The translations under genes were made by a program, and so were the position numbers. Under the pieces are notes generated by a model. The model was not told where the DNA came from, made no database searches, and worked only from the letters and a program-made list of their open reading frames with translations. Below are positions 42,116 through 51,402 of a stretch of DNA of 64,000 bases, piece after piece. Source of the stretch: Candidatus Obscuribacterales bacterium (GTDB lineage: Bacteria; Cyanobacteriota; Vampirovibrionia; Obscuribacterales; Obscuribacteraceae); NCBI GenBank assembly GCA_965228855.1, contig CBDDIJ010000002.1, positions 736,001-800,000 of the forward strand. The letters are read 5' to 3'. Position 1 is the first letter of the stretch. The number at the start of each line of letters is the position of its first letter.

Positions 42116-42652
42116 TCAGGCTTGCGGAACCGTCAGATTGACTCCGTTGAGAGACACAGCCTTGGCAACAAATTCACCGATTCGCTGACGAATGGTATCG
42201 TCCGCGATGGCACCGCTCTGAAAAGCGGTCCTGTCCGCATAAACGAAACGTGGAATGACGAGGCAACGAAAGTCCAACATCAGACTGTTTGCGAGCCCCA
42301 TCACAGACATGTAACTAGACCGACCGCCGGCAGCGCAGAGAAAACCAACCGTCTTTTCCGTCCAGCCTTCGCCGGTCAGTTCGACAAGGTTTTTCGCCGC
42401 AGCGCCGACGTCGTAGTTATAAATCGGCACGGCAAGAAGGATGCACGAAGCTTCCCTGACTTTATCCGTGACCTTTTTGACGCTAGACCGACTGTAAGCA
42501 GCCGCACCGTCGCACAGGGGAAGTTTGACCTTTCGCAGGTCGAGAAACTCCACTACCTGACCGGCAGCCACCAGTTGCGCTTCGGTCTCACGAGCAAGCA
42601 GATAGCTTTTGCTATCGGGGTTGAGGCTGGTGCTTATTACCAGGTAGGACAT
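42116..42652 (-). CDS. NADPH-dependent FMN reductase family
   Basis: ISTSLNPDSKS, PIYNY..AKNLVE, AGG. Confidence 0.88.
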   Translation of the reverse strand: MSYLVISTSLNPDSKSYLLARETEAQLVAAGQVVEFLDLRKVKLPLCDGAAAYSRSSVKKVTDKVREASCILLAVPIYNYDVGAAAKNLVELTGEGWTEKTVGFLCAAGGRSSYMSVMGLANSLMLDFRCLVIPRFVYADRTAFQSGAIADDTIRQRIGEFVAKAVSLNGVNLTVPQA

Positions 42653-43518
42653 TCGTTTGTTTCCTTTCCGCTCTTAATCTGTGTCTTGAACGCGTCGAGG
42701 ACGGTCATCTCTCAGATTACCCGAAGGCAATCAAAGATTTGCAAAAACGAGATAGGCGGGGTTTAGAAGTCTTGAGACACAAAGATATAAGAGCGTAAGA
42801 ACTGTGCGACTTTAGAGCAACAGAGACCTCCGATTCCCACTTGAAAAGCCATTTGGTTCAAAACCGTTCACGCCGGCCGTCATGCCCGGAAACAAGGTCT
42901 TTGTTTCTGTTTCAGGCGCTCTGCGCGAATTAGCGCTAGGAATATTACGCGCGATTAACTCGGAAGCAACTAGCCTCGCTAGCGGACGTCTCCTCAAGGC
43001 TATGACACTTGCTAGATTAACCTGCGCTAACCTCGCAAAGCATTTCCGCGCGGAATTAATCTGTCCTTTGCTTGTTCAGGAACTAAATATTCAAAGGCTT
43101 AACCTCGAAAGCTTTCCTAAACGCTCAATGAGTAGGTGTTTCGGGCGCGTGGTTATTTTATTAAACGCATTTGATTTTTGATACATAAGACCCCTAGGTT
43201 GAAAAGTATCATCGCGTTTCAATTTCACTCAGGAATTTCCAAACCAACCCACACCCGCAACTGTAAGCCTGGTTTCGAGCTACTCGAATTGCGCATCTGC
43301 GTAAACCAGCATGTACGTCCGTGAGTTGCCTGGCTGTTTCTGCGTGAACGATGTTCGTTCGGTGGGATGGGTCCTGTCGCACGTCGCCTCTCGAAGTCGT
43401 TTCGATTGGCGGTTCTTACCCATGCGCGTGAAACCGGTTGCTTCAGCTTCCGGGAGATTCGCGTGCGTTTTTTAACCCGTGGACGCAATCGCGCCACACA
43501 AACACAAAGGTGATTACC

Positions 43519-44559
43519 ATGGCTATGACTCGCACTCTCGACGGTTTCGTTCCGGCTTACCTGCTCCAGCAGGCCGCCATCCTGAACCCCAACAACACCT
43601 CGCTGATCGACTCGATCGGCATCACCCAGCGCCTCTCCATCGCTGGTCGCACTCCCCTGCATCCGGCTCTGCGCCTGGCTGTTCTGGCTCCCGGCCAGGG
43701 CGACCGCCGCATCTTCGACTGCAAGGGCCTGGAGCGTCTCCCGGGCGACAAGGCTCGTCACGAGGGCGACGGCGAATACGCCGCTTTCCCGCTCGTCAAC
43801 GACGCCTACCAGTTCCACGGTGACGTTCGCCGCTTCCTGCTCGAGGTCCTCAAGCGCAACTCGCTCGACGGCAAGGGTCTCGACCTGATCGGCAGCTGCA
43901 ACTACGGCAAGGGCTACAACAACGCGTTCTTCAACCAGCGCCAGATGGTCTACGGCAACGGTGACGGCGTCATCTTCGCCAAGTTCATCATCCGCTCGGT
44001 CATCGGTCACGAGATGGCGCACGGCGTGACGCACCACACCTCCGGCCTGGAATACCAGGACGAGAGCGGTGCGCTCAACGAGCACTTCTCGGACGTCATC
44101 GGCGTTCTGGTCGACCAGTTCTGCGACAACGTCACCTCGGCCGCGCACCACTGGCTGGTCGGCCCGGGCCTCTTCACCGACCAGGTGAAGGGCAAGGCGC
44201 TGCGCAGCATGATCGAGCCGGGCACCGCCTACGACGATCCGAAGCTCGGCAAGGACCGTCAGCCGGCGCACATGAAGGACAAGTTCGAGGGCTGGGCCGA
44301 CAACGGCGGCGTGCACATCAACTCGGGCATCCCGAACCGCGCCTTCGCACTGTTCGCCAAGGCCGTCGGCGGCTACGCTTTCGAGCGCCCGCTCGCGATC
44401 TGGTACGCCACCAACTGCGGCGAAGACCGTGTCGGCGCCAACGCTTCCTTCCAGGACTTCGCGGACAAGACCATGGTGCACTGCGCCACGATCGCTCCCC
44501 GCCAGAAGAACAACCTGAAGGAAGCCTGGGGTGAAGTCGGCATCACCGTCGCCGGCTAA
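43519..44559 (+). CDS. M4 (protealysin-like) metallopeptidase, paralog of 6399-7415
   Basis: FVPAYLL propeptide, HEMAHGV, GALNEHFSD, DNGGVHINSGIPN. Confidence 0.92.
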   Translation: MAMTRTLDGFVPAYLLQQAAILNPNNTSLIDSIGITQRLSIAGRTPLHPALRLAVLAPGQGDRRIFDCKGLERLPGDKARHEGDGEYAAFPLVNDAYQFHGDVRRFLLEVLKRNSLDGKGLDLIGSCNYGKGYNNAFFNQRQMVYGNGDGVIFAKFIIRSVIGHEMAHGVTHHTSGLEYQDESGALNEHFSDVIGVLVDQFCDNVTSAAHHWLVGPGLFTDQVKGKALRSMIEPGTAYDDPKLGKDRQPAHMKDKFEGWADNGGVHINSGIPNRAFALFAKAVGGYAFERPLAIWYATNCGEDRVGANASFQDFADKTMVHCATIAPRQKNNLKEAWGEVGITVAG

Positions 44560-44577
44560 CGCTCGCGACTGACTGCG

Positions 44578-44617
44578 AGAGGGGCAAAGTCCAAACGGAC
44601 CTAGCCCCTCTCCTTTT
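44578..44617 (+). terminator. Intrinsic terminator
   Basis: GAGAGGGGC...GCCCCTCTC followed by CTTTT. Confidence 0.75.
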
Positions 44618-44628
44618 CCCGAATTAGT

Positions 44629-44777
44629 CTACTATAGAATACAGTCTAAGCATATCATCCAAAAGCCCCGCCCAGTGATGGTTTAAGCCCCTCCAGACCC
44701 AAGTACTCTGCGCCAAAAATCTGATTTGTCTATCCACCAATGACGCAATTGCGAAATTCCGTCGCTCTCCGATAGAC
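44629..44777. repeat. Repeat element copy E
   Basis: CTACTATA 44629; GTCTA-TCCACCA-ATGAC-N16-GTCGC-TCTCCGA-TAGAC 44728-44777; gap 91. Confidence 0.9.
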
Positions 44778-44946
44778 AGACTCAAAGGCATTGGATAAAG
44801 AGACTGAGGGGCAATAAGCGGTGCACCGGTTGTAAATTGGCGAATTATTTTTCCGCCCGACAACCAGCTAGCGAAACCAAGAAAACGGCACTAGGACACC
44901 AGTGAACTGCTTTCTTGAAGAGAGAATCTGGTTCGCCCACACCGAC

Positions 44947-45624
44947 TTACAAAAATTCCTTCGGCAGCGAATCAAACTGCCCCGACAGCGTGAAGCGATC
45001 ATCCTTCGGATGCTCACCAAGCGCATCGGACAACCTCTCATCCGGCAGCGGTTTGTACGTGACTCGAAAAGAATTTTTCTCAGCAGAGTCTTTCAGATAA
45101 GTGGCGTAGTCATCGCGAATTTGCTCGACTTCCGGATGCTCCAAACCCAATTTCGCGGATTTGATATACATCGCTTGCTGGTAGAAAACGCCCGCCTCAT
45201 CCACCTTCCGCCAGGCATGATAGAGCAACGCGGCGTTGTGCGTAATCGTTCCCGTATCCAAATGGTCCTGCCCAAGACGACGGCGATAGAGTTGCAAAAG
45301 CCTCATCATTACAGGCGCTCCATAATGATATCTGCGGCTACGATAGTAAATTTGCGAAAGAAGCTCCAGCGTAATGCCAACACGTTGGTCGTCTCGGTCA
45401 TACGATTCAGCAATCTCTAAAGCACGAAGACCCGCATGTTCAGCCTCGTCCAGCTTATCGTCCTTAATACACTGTTCAGTCTCAAGAACGTACTTCTGCC
45501 AACGAGCATTGCGCTGCTCCTCGGTTTCATCCACGAAAAAAGGGGCGGCGTCACCATCGCCTGGACGTGAGCCAGCAGGTGAAACACCTTTGTATTCGCC
45601 GGACTGACTTGTGACCTCACTCAT
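44947..45624 (-). CDS. TPR protein (kinesin-light-chain-like repeats)
   Basis: LGQDHLDTG...YQQAM..K..LGLEHPEV. Confidence 0.8.
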   Translation of the reverse strand: MSEVTSQSGEYKGVSPAGSRPGDGDAAPFFVDETEEQRNARWQKYVLETEQCIKDDKLDEAEHAGLRALEIAESYDRDDQRVGITLELLSQIYYRSRRYHYGAPVMMRLLQLYRRRLGQDHLDTGTITHNAALLYHAWRKVDEAGVFYQQAMYIKSAKLGLEHPEVEQIRDDYATYLKDSAEKNSFRVTYKPLPDERLSDALGEHPKDDRFTLSGQFDSLPKEFL

Positions 45625-46206
45625 TTATAGCCGCATTTCTTTGTTTGCCAAAACCGCACACACCGGATGAACAATCCGATTCCGCCCGAAGGCTCGGATA
45701 TTTTACAGCAACAATCGTCGCCAGTTCGTATTCGAAACACCAACAAAGAAATCCAGGAGTAAGATTCCAAGAGATGCATCAATCCCATCCTAACATCCGC
45801 CACATAGCGCGACACCTTGGCAAGTAAACCGATCGTGGCGTCCCGCTTGCCTTTCCAGCCTCTTAGACTCAAGACTCATATTTTTACGCGGTCTTGATTA
45901 CGATGGTCCCAAAGGCGCATTATCGAGAAATCGTTTGTCCCATGCTTGCTTTCACAGGATTGTCTTAGACCACCTATTCCAGCCTGTTTCCAAACTCGTG
46001 CACCTCAACAAGATTGTGAGCCGAGTCAAACCGCATGTGCAACGAAAACGAACCTGCGAAACAGCCAAGAACGTCGCTCCGTCCCGTTACTTGCTGGTTT
46101 TCGCCTGCCCGCCTCAAAGCACCGGTTCGCATTCCAAAGTCGGCAGACCTATCCGTCCGCCGCCCCGTGGCCCAAAAACCACGAGACTGAATCAAGGAGC
46201 CAAATC

Positions 46207-46584
46207 ATGTTCTGGACACTTGCTATTGTCCTCGTGCTCGCCGCCCTCGCAATCGTCGAAAACCGACGACTGAACAAGAAGGACGAGGCCGTGCTTCGAC
46301 ACACCATCGAAGTCAACCTCGGCATTCTGAAAGGCGAGCTCGAAAGATTGGCGCCGCTTGCGAAGTCTCTGCCCGCCGACGATCAAGCCGAAGCCGACAA
46401 ACTCCTGTCGCGCTCCCGCACAATCGTCTCCGACGTCGAACCCCGCATTGCGACTGCCCCTCGCCGCGAGCTAGGAAGAATCCTGCGCGACGTCTTTTCG
46501 GCAATGAATACATCCACCGAGCTGCACAAGCTGCTCGCGAAGTATTCACTCGTGCCGACAATCGAAGACATGCCTCTCGAGTAA
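46207..46584 (+). CDS. Small membrane-anchored helical protein
   Basis: RBS AAGGAG, N-terminal TM. Confidence 0.7.
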   Translation: MFWTLAIVLVLAALAIVENRRLNKKDEAVLRHTIEVNLGILKGELERLAPLAKSLPADDQAEADKLLSRSRTIVSDVEPRIATAPRRELGRILRDVFSAMNTSTELHKLLAKYSLVPTIEDMPLE

Positions 46585-46727
46585 CAGTCCGAGCCTGCCT
46601 TCGAGCCTGAGTCTTTGGTAGCTTGTCGTCAAACGATGACGCCTGGCAATCACTACTCTCAAACATCAACCAAAGACGGTAGCGGGGTGGGAAGCCATTC
46701 TCACCCTTGCTACTTTTCCTTCAACAT

Positions 46728-46965
46728 CTACTATACGCAGGCGTGATTCACCCTTCACCGAAAGGACGAAGTCAGCGGGGTTTCAACTGTTTTCGCTTCG
46801 TAGGTGGTCAGCAAAAACAAGGGTTTGGCTACGACAAAGCGACGGTTTCTTCGAATTTCGTCTACGTGTCGTAGACACGATGCGTCCTCTCCACTTCCAG
46901 AACAGACTAAAAGCTCGCTCCTGAAACCCTTTTGAGTAATTCAGTATCCCGATACTATCTAGTAG
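46728..46965. repeat. Repeat element copy F
   Basis: CTACTATA 46728; GGCTA-CGACAAA-GCGAC-N16-GTCTA-CGTGTCG-TAGAC 46827-46876; TCTAGTAG 46958; gaps 91 and 81. Confidence 0.9.
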
Positions 46966-47058
46966 ACATGTTCAGGGATCGTGACATAGTGGCGAAGCAA
47001 GGCTGCCCGACAAGTCTATTGAGATACAATACCGATCCCCAGCCATAAAGATATAACC

Positions 47059-48993
47059 ATGATCAAAACGGACTTCCTCACTGAATTTGACGTGCATCTC
47101 TTCTCCGAGGGCTCGCATTACCGCCTCTACGACAAGATGGGCGCTCATGTCATCGAGCAGGACGGTCAGGTCGGCACGCACTTCGCCGTCTGGGCGCCAA
47201 GCGCAGAGCGAATCTCCGTTGTCGGAGACTTCAATGAGTGGCGCGCAGGCGCCAATCCGATGACCCAGGTCGGTCAATCCGGACTCTGGACGACATTCAT
47301 TCCAGGCGTCAAAAGCGGTTTCGCTTACAAATATCATGTAACCCCAAACAACGGACAACCGCCCTCAGAGCGGTCCGACCCGTTTGGCTTCTACGCTGAG
47401 GTTCGACCAAAAACCGCCTCACTCGTTTGGAATCTAGACCAATACAAGTGGCAAGATAAGGCTTGGATGGAGAAGCGGAAAAACCGAAACGCGCTCGATG
47501 CGCCGATTTCCGTATACGAAGTCCATCTGGGCTCCTGGATGCGAGTTCCCGAGGAAGAAAATCGCTGGCTCACTTACAGAGAGCTCGCTGACAAACTCAC
47601 TGCTTACGTCAAAGAAATGGGTTTCACACACGTCGAATTCCTGCCCATCGGCGAGCATCCACTCGATATTTCATGGGGCTATCAGCCGATCGGCTATTTC
47701 TCACCAACCAGCCGTTTCGGCACACCGGACGACTTGATGTACCTGATCGATCAATTACACCAGAACGACATTGGGGTTCTCGTTGACTGGGTGCCCGCTC
47801 ACTTTCCCAAAGACGGGCATGGATTGGGCATGTTCGACGGCACGCATTTGTACGAACACGCCGACCCGCGCCAGGGCGAACACAAAGAATGGGGCACCTA
47901 CATTTTCAACTACGGTCGCTACGAAGTTGATGAATACTTGACCTCCAACGCATTCTTCTGGCTGGACAAATACCACATCGATGGTCTGCGCGTCGACGCC
48001 GTCGCCTCGATGATCTACCTGGACTACGGCCGCAAGGACGGCGAGTGGATCGCGAACCCATACGGTGGTCGCGAAAATATCGAAGCGTTGAATTTCTTGC
48101 GCAAACTGAACGAGCGCATCTATTCCAATTACCCGGACGTGATGACGATCGCAGAAGAATCAACAGCCTGGCCATTAGTGTCGAAACCGACATACATTGG
48201 CGGTCTCGGTTTTCATCAAAAATGGGATATGGGATGGATGCACGACGTGCTCGAGTACATGGCGCATGAACCGATTCACCGCAAATATCACCACGACAAA
48301 CTGACTTTCCGCGGTTTATATGCATTCTCGGAGAACTTCATTCTGCCTCTTTCTCACGATGAAGTTGTGTACGGAAAACGCTCACTTCTAAACAAAATGC
48401 CGGGCGACGAATGGCAGCAGTTCGCGAATTTGCGCCTGCTGTTTGGTTTCATGTACACCACACCCGCTAAAAAATTGCTGTTCATGGGCGGCGAGTTCGG
48501 ACAATGGAATGAATGGAACAGCGCAGTCAGCCTCGATTGGCATCTTTTGAACAACCATTTGAACAAGGGCGTTCAAAACTGGATGCGCGATCTAAACCAC
48601 CTCTATTCCGACGAACCCGCTATGCACGAACAAGATTGCGTCGGACACGGCTTCGAGTGGATTGATTGCAGCGACGTCGAACAAAGCATAATCTGTTTCT
48701 TGCGAATAGCGAAAGATCCGGAAGACGTTCTCATGGTTGTCTGCAACTTCACACCCGTGGTGCGCCACGACTACCAAGTTGGCGTTCCCTTTGGCGGCTA
48801 TTGGAAGGAAGTTCTAAACAGCGATAGCACCGTCTATGGTGGCAGCGGCGTCGGCAACTACGGCGGCAAAGATGCATATGACGGAAACGTCCACGGCAAA
48901 CCGCACGGTCTGTCGTTGACGTTACCGCCTCTCGGAATGCTCGTTTTCAAACCAGAAAGCAAACCGGCCAAAACGATCGAAAAGAAGAAATAA
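47059..48993 (+). CDS. glgB: 1,4-alpha-glucan branching enzyme
   Basis: YEVHLGSW, DWVPAHF, GLRVDAVASM, AEEST, LSHDEVV. Confidence 0.97.
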   Translation: MIKTDFLTEFDVHLFSEGSHYRLYDKMGAHVIEQDGQVGTHFAVWAPSAERISVVGDFNEWRAGANPMTQVGQSGLWTTFIPGVKSGFAYKYHVTPNNGQPPSERSDPFGFYAEVRPKTASLVWNLDQYKWQDKAWMEKRKNRNALDAPISVYEVHLGSWMRVPEEENRWLTYRELADKLTAYVKEMGFTHVEFLPIGEHPLDISWGYQPIGYFSPTSRFGTPDDLMYLIDQLHQNDIGVLVDWVPAHFPKDGHGLGMFDGTHLYEHADPRQGEHKEWGTYIFNYGRYEVDEYLTSNAFFWLDKYHIDGLRVDAVASMIYLDYGRKDGEWIANPYGGRENIEALNFLRKLNERIYSNYPDVMTIAEESTAWPLVSKPTYIGGLGFHQKWDMGWMHDVLEYMAHEPIHRKYHHDKLTFRGLYAFSENFILPLSHDEVVYGKRSLLNKMPGDEWQQFANLRLLFGFMYTTPAKKLLFMGGEFGQWNEWNSAVSLDWHLLNNHLNKGVQNWMRDLNHLYSDEPAMHEQDCVGHGFEWIDCSDVEQSIICFLRIAKDPEDVLMVVCNFTPVVRHDYQVGVPFGGYWKEVLNSDSTVYGGSGVGNYGGKDAYDGNVHGKPHGLSLTLPPLGMLVFKPESKPAKTIEKKK

Positions 48994-49052
48994 GCTCTTC
49001 ATTCGTTCATACACTTGCACTACAGCAGCGATGATGAAGTCGCGATGTCTTC

Positions 49053-49604
49053 CTATTTGACGAGTTGATATGCAGAGGAAAAAACCTTCGCCTTCCCGTC
49101 TCTAAGCACCGTCACGTCAGCTGTTAGCTTGTCGTCCGTTCTCTTGTAGTGAATGGTGACAGTGTCTTTGCTTCGATTTTGAAAAGTCGCCTCATTCTTC
49201 GCGACCTTGATCAAACTAAGATCACCTGGTTCAGCCTGCTCATCCCATGGAACAAAGCCGTTCTTAAAATGCTTGATCCGCATCACCAGCCCGTTTCCAC
49301 CCTTTAAAATCGCAATCAATTCATAGAGCGTAGATTTTGAACTTTGTACCGAATGGCAATGCCCGACAATACTGTCGCCCTCAACGCTGCCCCAGATTTC
49401 TTCGGTCGTTTCATCACCATCGGTAGCGCGCCACTTTCCAGTGAGAAAAGACATTTGTTCGATACTTGCCTTAGCGAACTCCGCCAAGTTCCCTTTAGCG
49501 CCGCCATGCGACCCGCTCGCCTTTTGAGCACTATCCGCTCGACACTCACCGCAATACAGAAGAAAAACGATTGCCGCCAAGAAAAAAGAAACTGATTTGT
49601 TCAT
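49053..49604 (-). CDS. Secreted protein, DUF6265-like
   Basis: Signal peptide; FLTGKW..EEIW..MRIKHF. Confidence 0.7.
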   Translation of the reverse strand: MNKSVSFFLAAIVFLLYCGECRADSAQKASGSHGGAKGNLAEFAKASIEQMSFLTGKWRATDGDETTEEIWGSVEGDSIVGHCHSVQSSKSTLYELIAILKGGNGLVMRIKHFKNGFVPWDEQAEPGDLSLIKVAKNEATFQNRSKDTVTIHYKRTDDKLTADVTVLRDGKAKVFSSAYQLVK

Positions 49605-49744
49605 GTCAATCCCATCCAACAAGAGACTGTCGAGCATCGCAGTACAGCACACACGCTCCGGAAAAGAGTACCACTCCACTCAGAAAAATGAGCGGCTTAA
49701 TACATAAGATCGTGCCTGCTTGAACCAGAATAAACTTTTGCCCT

Positions 49745-50029
49745 TTATGGGTCAGGCAAACAACATCCATACGCCCTGCCGTTAAATGCGCCGACTATAC
49801 CACCGGCACCGTTTCCACATCCGCCGTGACAGCTCAGCGCCTTCTGAGTACACGGACAATGCCGTCCCGCATCGCAGCAAGTACTGCGATCGATTTCGTA
49901 TTCAGCCGACTTCTCTGCAGCACCATAGAAATAGCCAGCACAAGCACACAGGCTAATGCTCGCCATTCCGATTACCAGCCAGCTGGAATTGACGCGCTTA
50001 GGAAACGATAAGAGGCGATTTCGGTGCAT
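49745..50029 (-). CDS. Possible small Cys-rich membrane-anchored protein
   Basis: TM stretch followed by CC..CPC..CHGGC..CC. Confidence 0.35.
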   Translation of the reverse strand: MHRNRLLSFPKRVNSSWLVIGMASISLCACAGYFYGAAEKSAEYEIDRSTCCDAGRHCPCTQKALSCHGGCGNGAGGIVGAFNGRAYGCCLPDP

Positions 50030-50220
50030 GCAACAAACCTCCGCGAAACTAGTTCGCAGCAGCAAAAGGTTGGTGGTGGTAGTCTAGTAAAAGAGCCGCG
50101 AAATGCTGCTCCGAACTAATTTAGTTCAACTTTTACGCTCGCAAAACAGGAAAAACCCTGACGCACTTCGGCACTCTCTCTTCGGTCTTAAGGTAGAAAG
50201 AAACTCATAACCATAACAGC

Positions 50221-50697
50221 ATGAACCTTCCCAAGATCATGACTCTATCAGCCCTCCCCGATTCGCTTCTCCAAAGGATGCTGGACCACTCGCGCTCCCA
50301 CGACCTCGTTCAAAACGGGAAGGATTCGACCCCACTGACACGACTGCCAGAGCGAAGTGTATTGGCGCGATTAACCGACTGGATCGAGATTTCAACTGAG
50401 GAACTCTGGTTTCTCCAGCATACACTGAACTTTCGTCAGGTGCTCCGAATGTCCGAGCTCAGTAAATTCATACTCTTACAGAGCAGAGACCACATCTTAG
50501 AGAAATTGGTATTCGCACAAAAACAAACCTGGAAACTTGAAGCGGAACTCCAAACGCTTCAACAGATAGAGGACGACTTCGATTTTACCCATCGCGAGCG
50601 GCTGAATGACGTCAAACTTGAGCTCGGCAAATTCCAGGCCCAAACAGTCGTTCTGCAAGAGGCCCTTGATGCAAAGAATTCTCCCCCTCATTTTTAG
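50221..50697 (+). CDS. Coiled-coil hypothetical protein
   Basis: 158-aa Leu/Gln-rich ORF. Confidence 0.6.
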   Translation: MNLPKIMTLSALPDSLLQRMLDHSRSHDLVQNGKDSTPLTRLPERSVLARLTDWIEISTEELWFLQHTLNFRQVLRMSELSKFILLQSRDHILEKLVFAQKQTWKLEAELQTLQQIEDDFDFTHRERLNDVKLELGKFQAQTVVLQEALDAKNSPPHF

Positions 50698-50709
50698 GAT
50701 GGTTGATGA

Positions 50710-51084
50710 ATGATAGCTGATTTTTCTACCGTCAGAAACGACTTTGAGGCTCGTCTGCGCTTTCGCTCTGCCACGGAAGGTGGTCGACAAACGTGTAGGT
50801 TAACTCAGGGGTATCGCTGCGATTTTTCTTACAAGGATAAGCTCGATGATATATTTATGATCTGGCCAGTCTTCCTGGATTCTTCTGGTGAACCCCTGTC
50901 AGAAGGAGCAGAGGTTTTTACAAACAAGGAAGTAAACGCTCGAATGGTTATCATCAACGATGATCTTCGAGTAACCTTGCATCGCGAGAGGATCAATGAG
51001 GGAGTCGAATTCGTGCTCCGCGAATGCAGTCGCATTGTCGCTGATGGCGTCGTAACCAAAATCGTCGAGCTTCCTAATGATTGA
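50710..51084 (+). CDS. Stand-alone EF-Tu domain III-like protein
   Basis: FEARL..EGGR..GYRCDF; F.LRE..RIVADGVVTKI. Confidence 0.7.
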   Translation: MIADFSTVRNDFEARLRFRSATEGGRQTCRLTQGYRCDFSYKDKLDDIFMIWPVFLDSSGEPLSEGAEVFTNKEVNARMVIINDDLRVTLHRERINEGVEFVLRECSRIVADGVVTKIVELPND

Positions 51085-51402
51085 GTCTTACAGGCAGGAG
51101 GTACTTAAACCGTCGACGCTAACGTACAGGCCGACAGTTTTCCGGCGACTCAACCTTATTTTGGCTGTGGCGCGTGGAAATTGATGGAAAACTCTTTTCG
51201 GAAACGGTATCGCCCTTTCAGGCTTCCGAGCCTCGCATTGAACGTTTCGGTTGCACAGATTGTGGTACCGCCGGAGATGGCACTGCTTCTAAACCGCAAA
51301 TTCCTGGCTAGATATCGGGATCCGCAATCGATCGGGCTTTCTCATCGATTTCCGAAACGTTACGACAACAAGGCGAAGGATCAACTGTCTCTCAGGAGCA
51401 AA

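Noticed and set aside
18911..46876. Canonical integron attC array
   Set aside because: No RYYYAAC/GTTRRRY boxes, no intI in the window, and host-like genes lie between copies; kept only as an architectural analogy.
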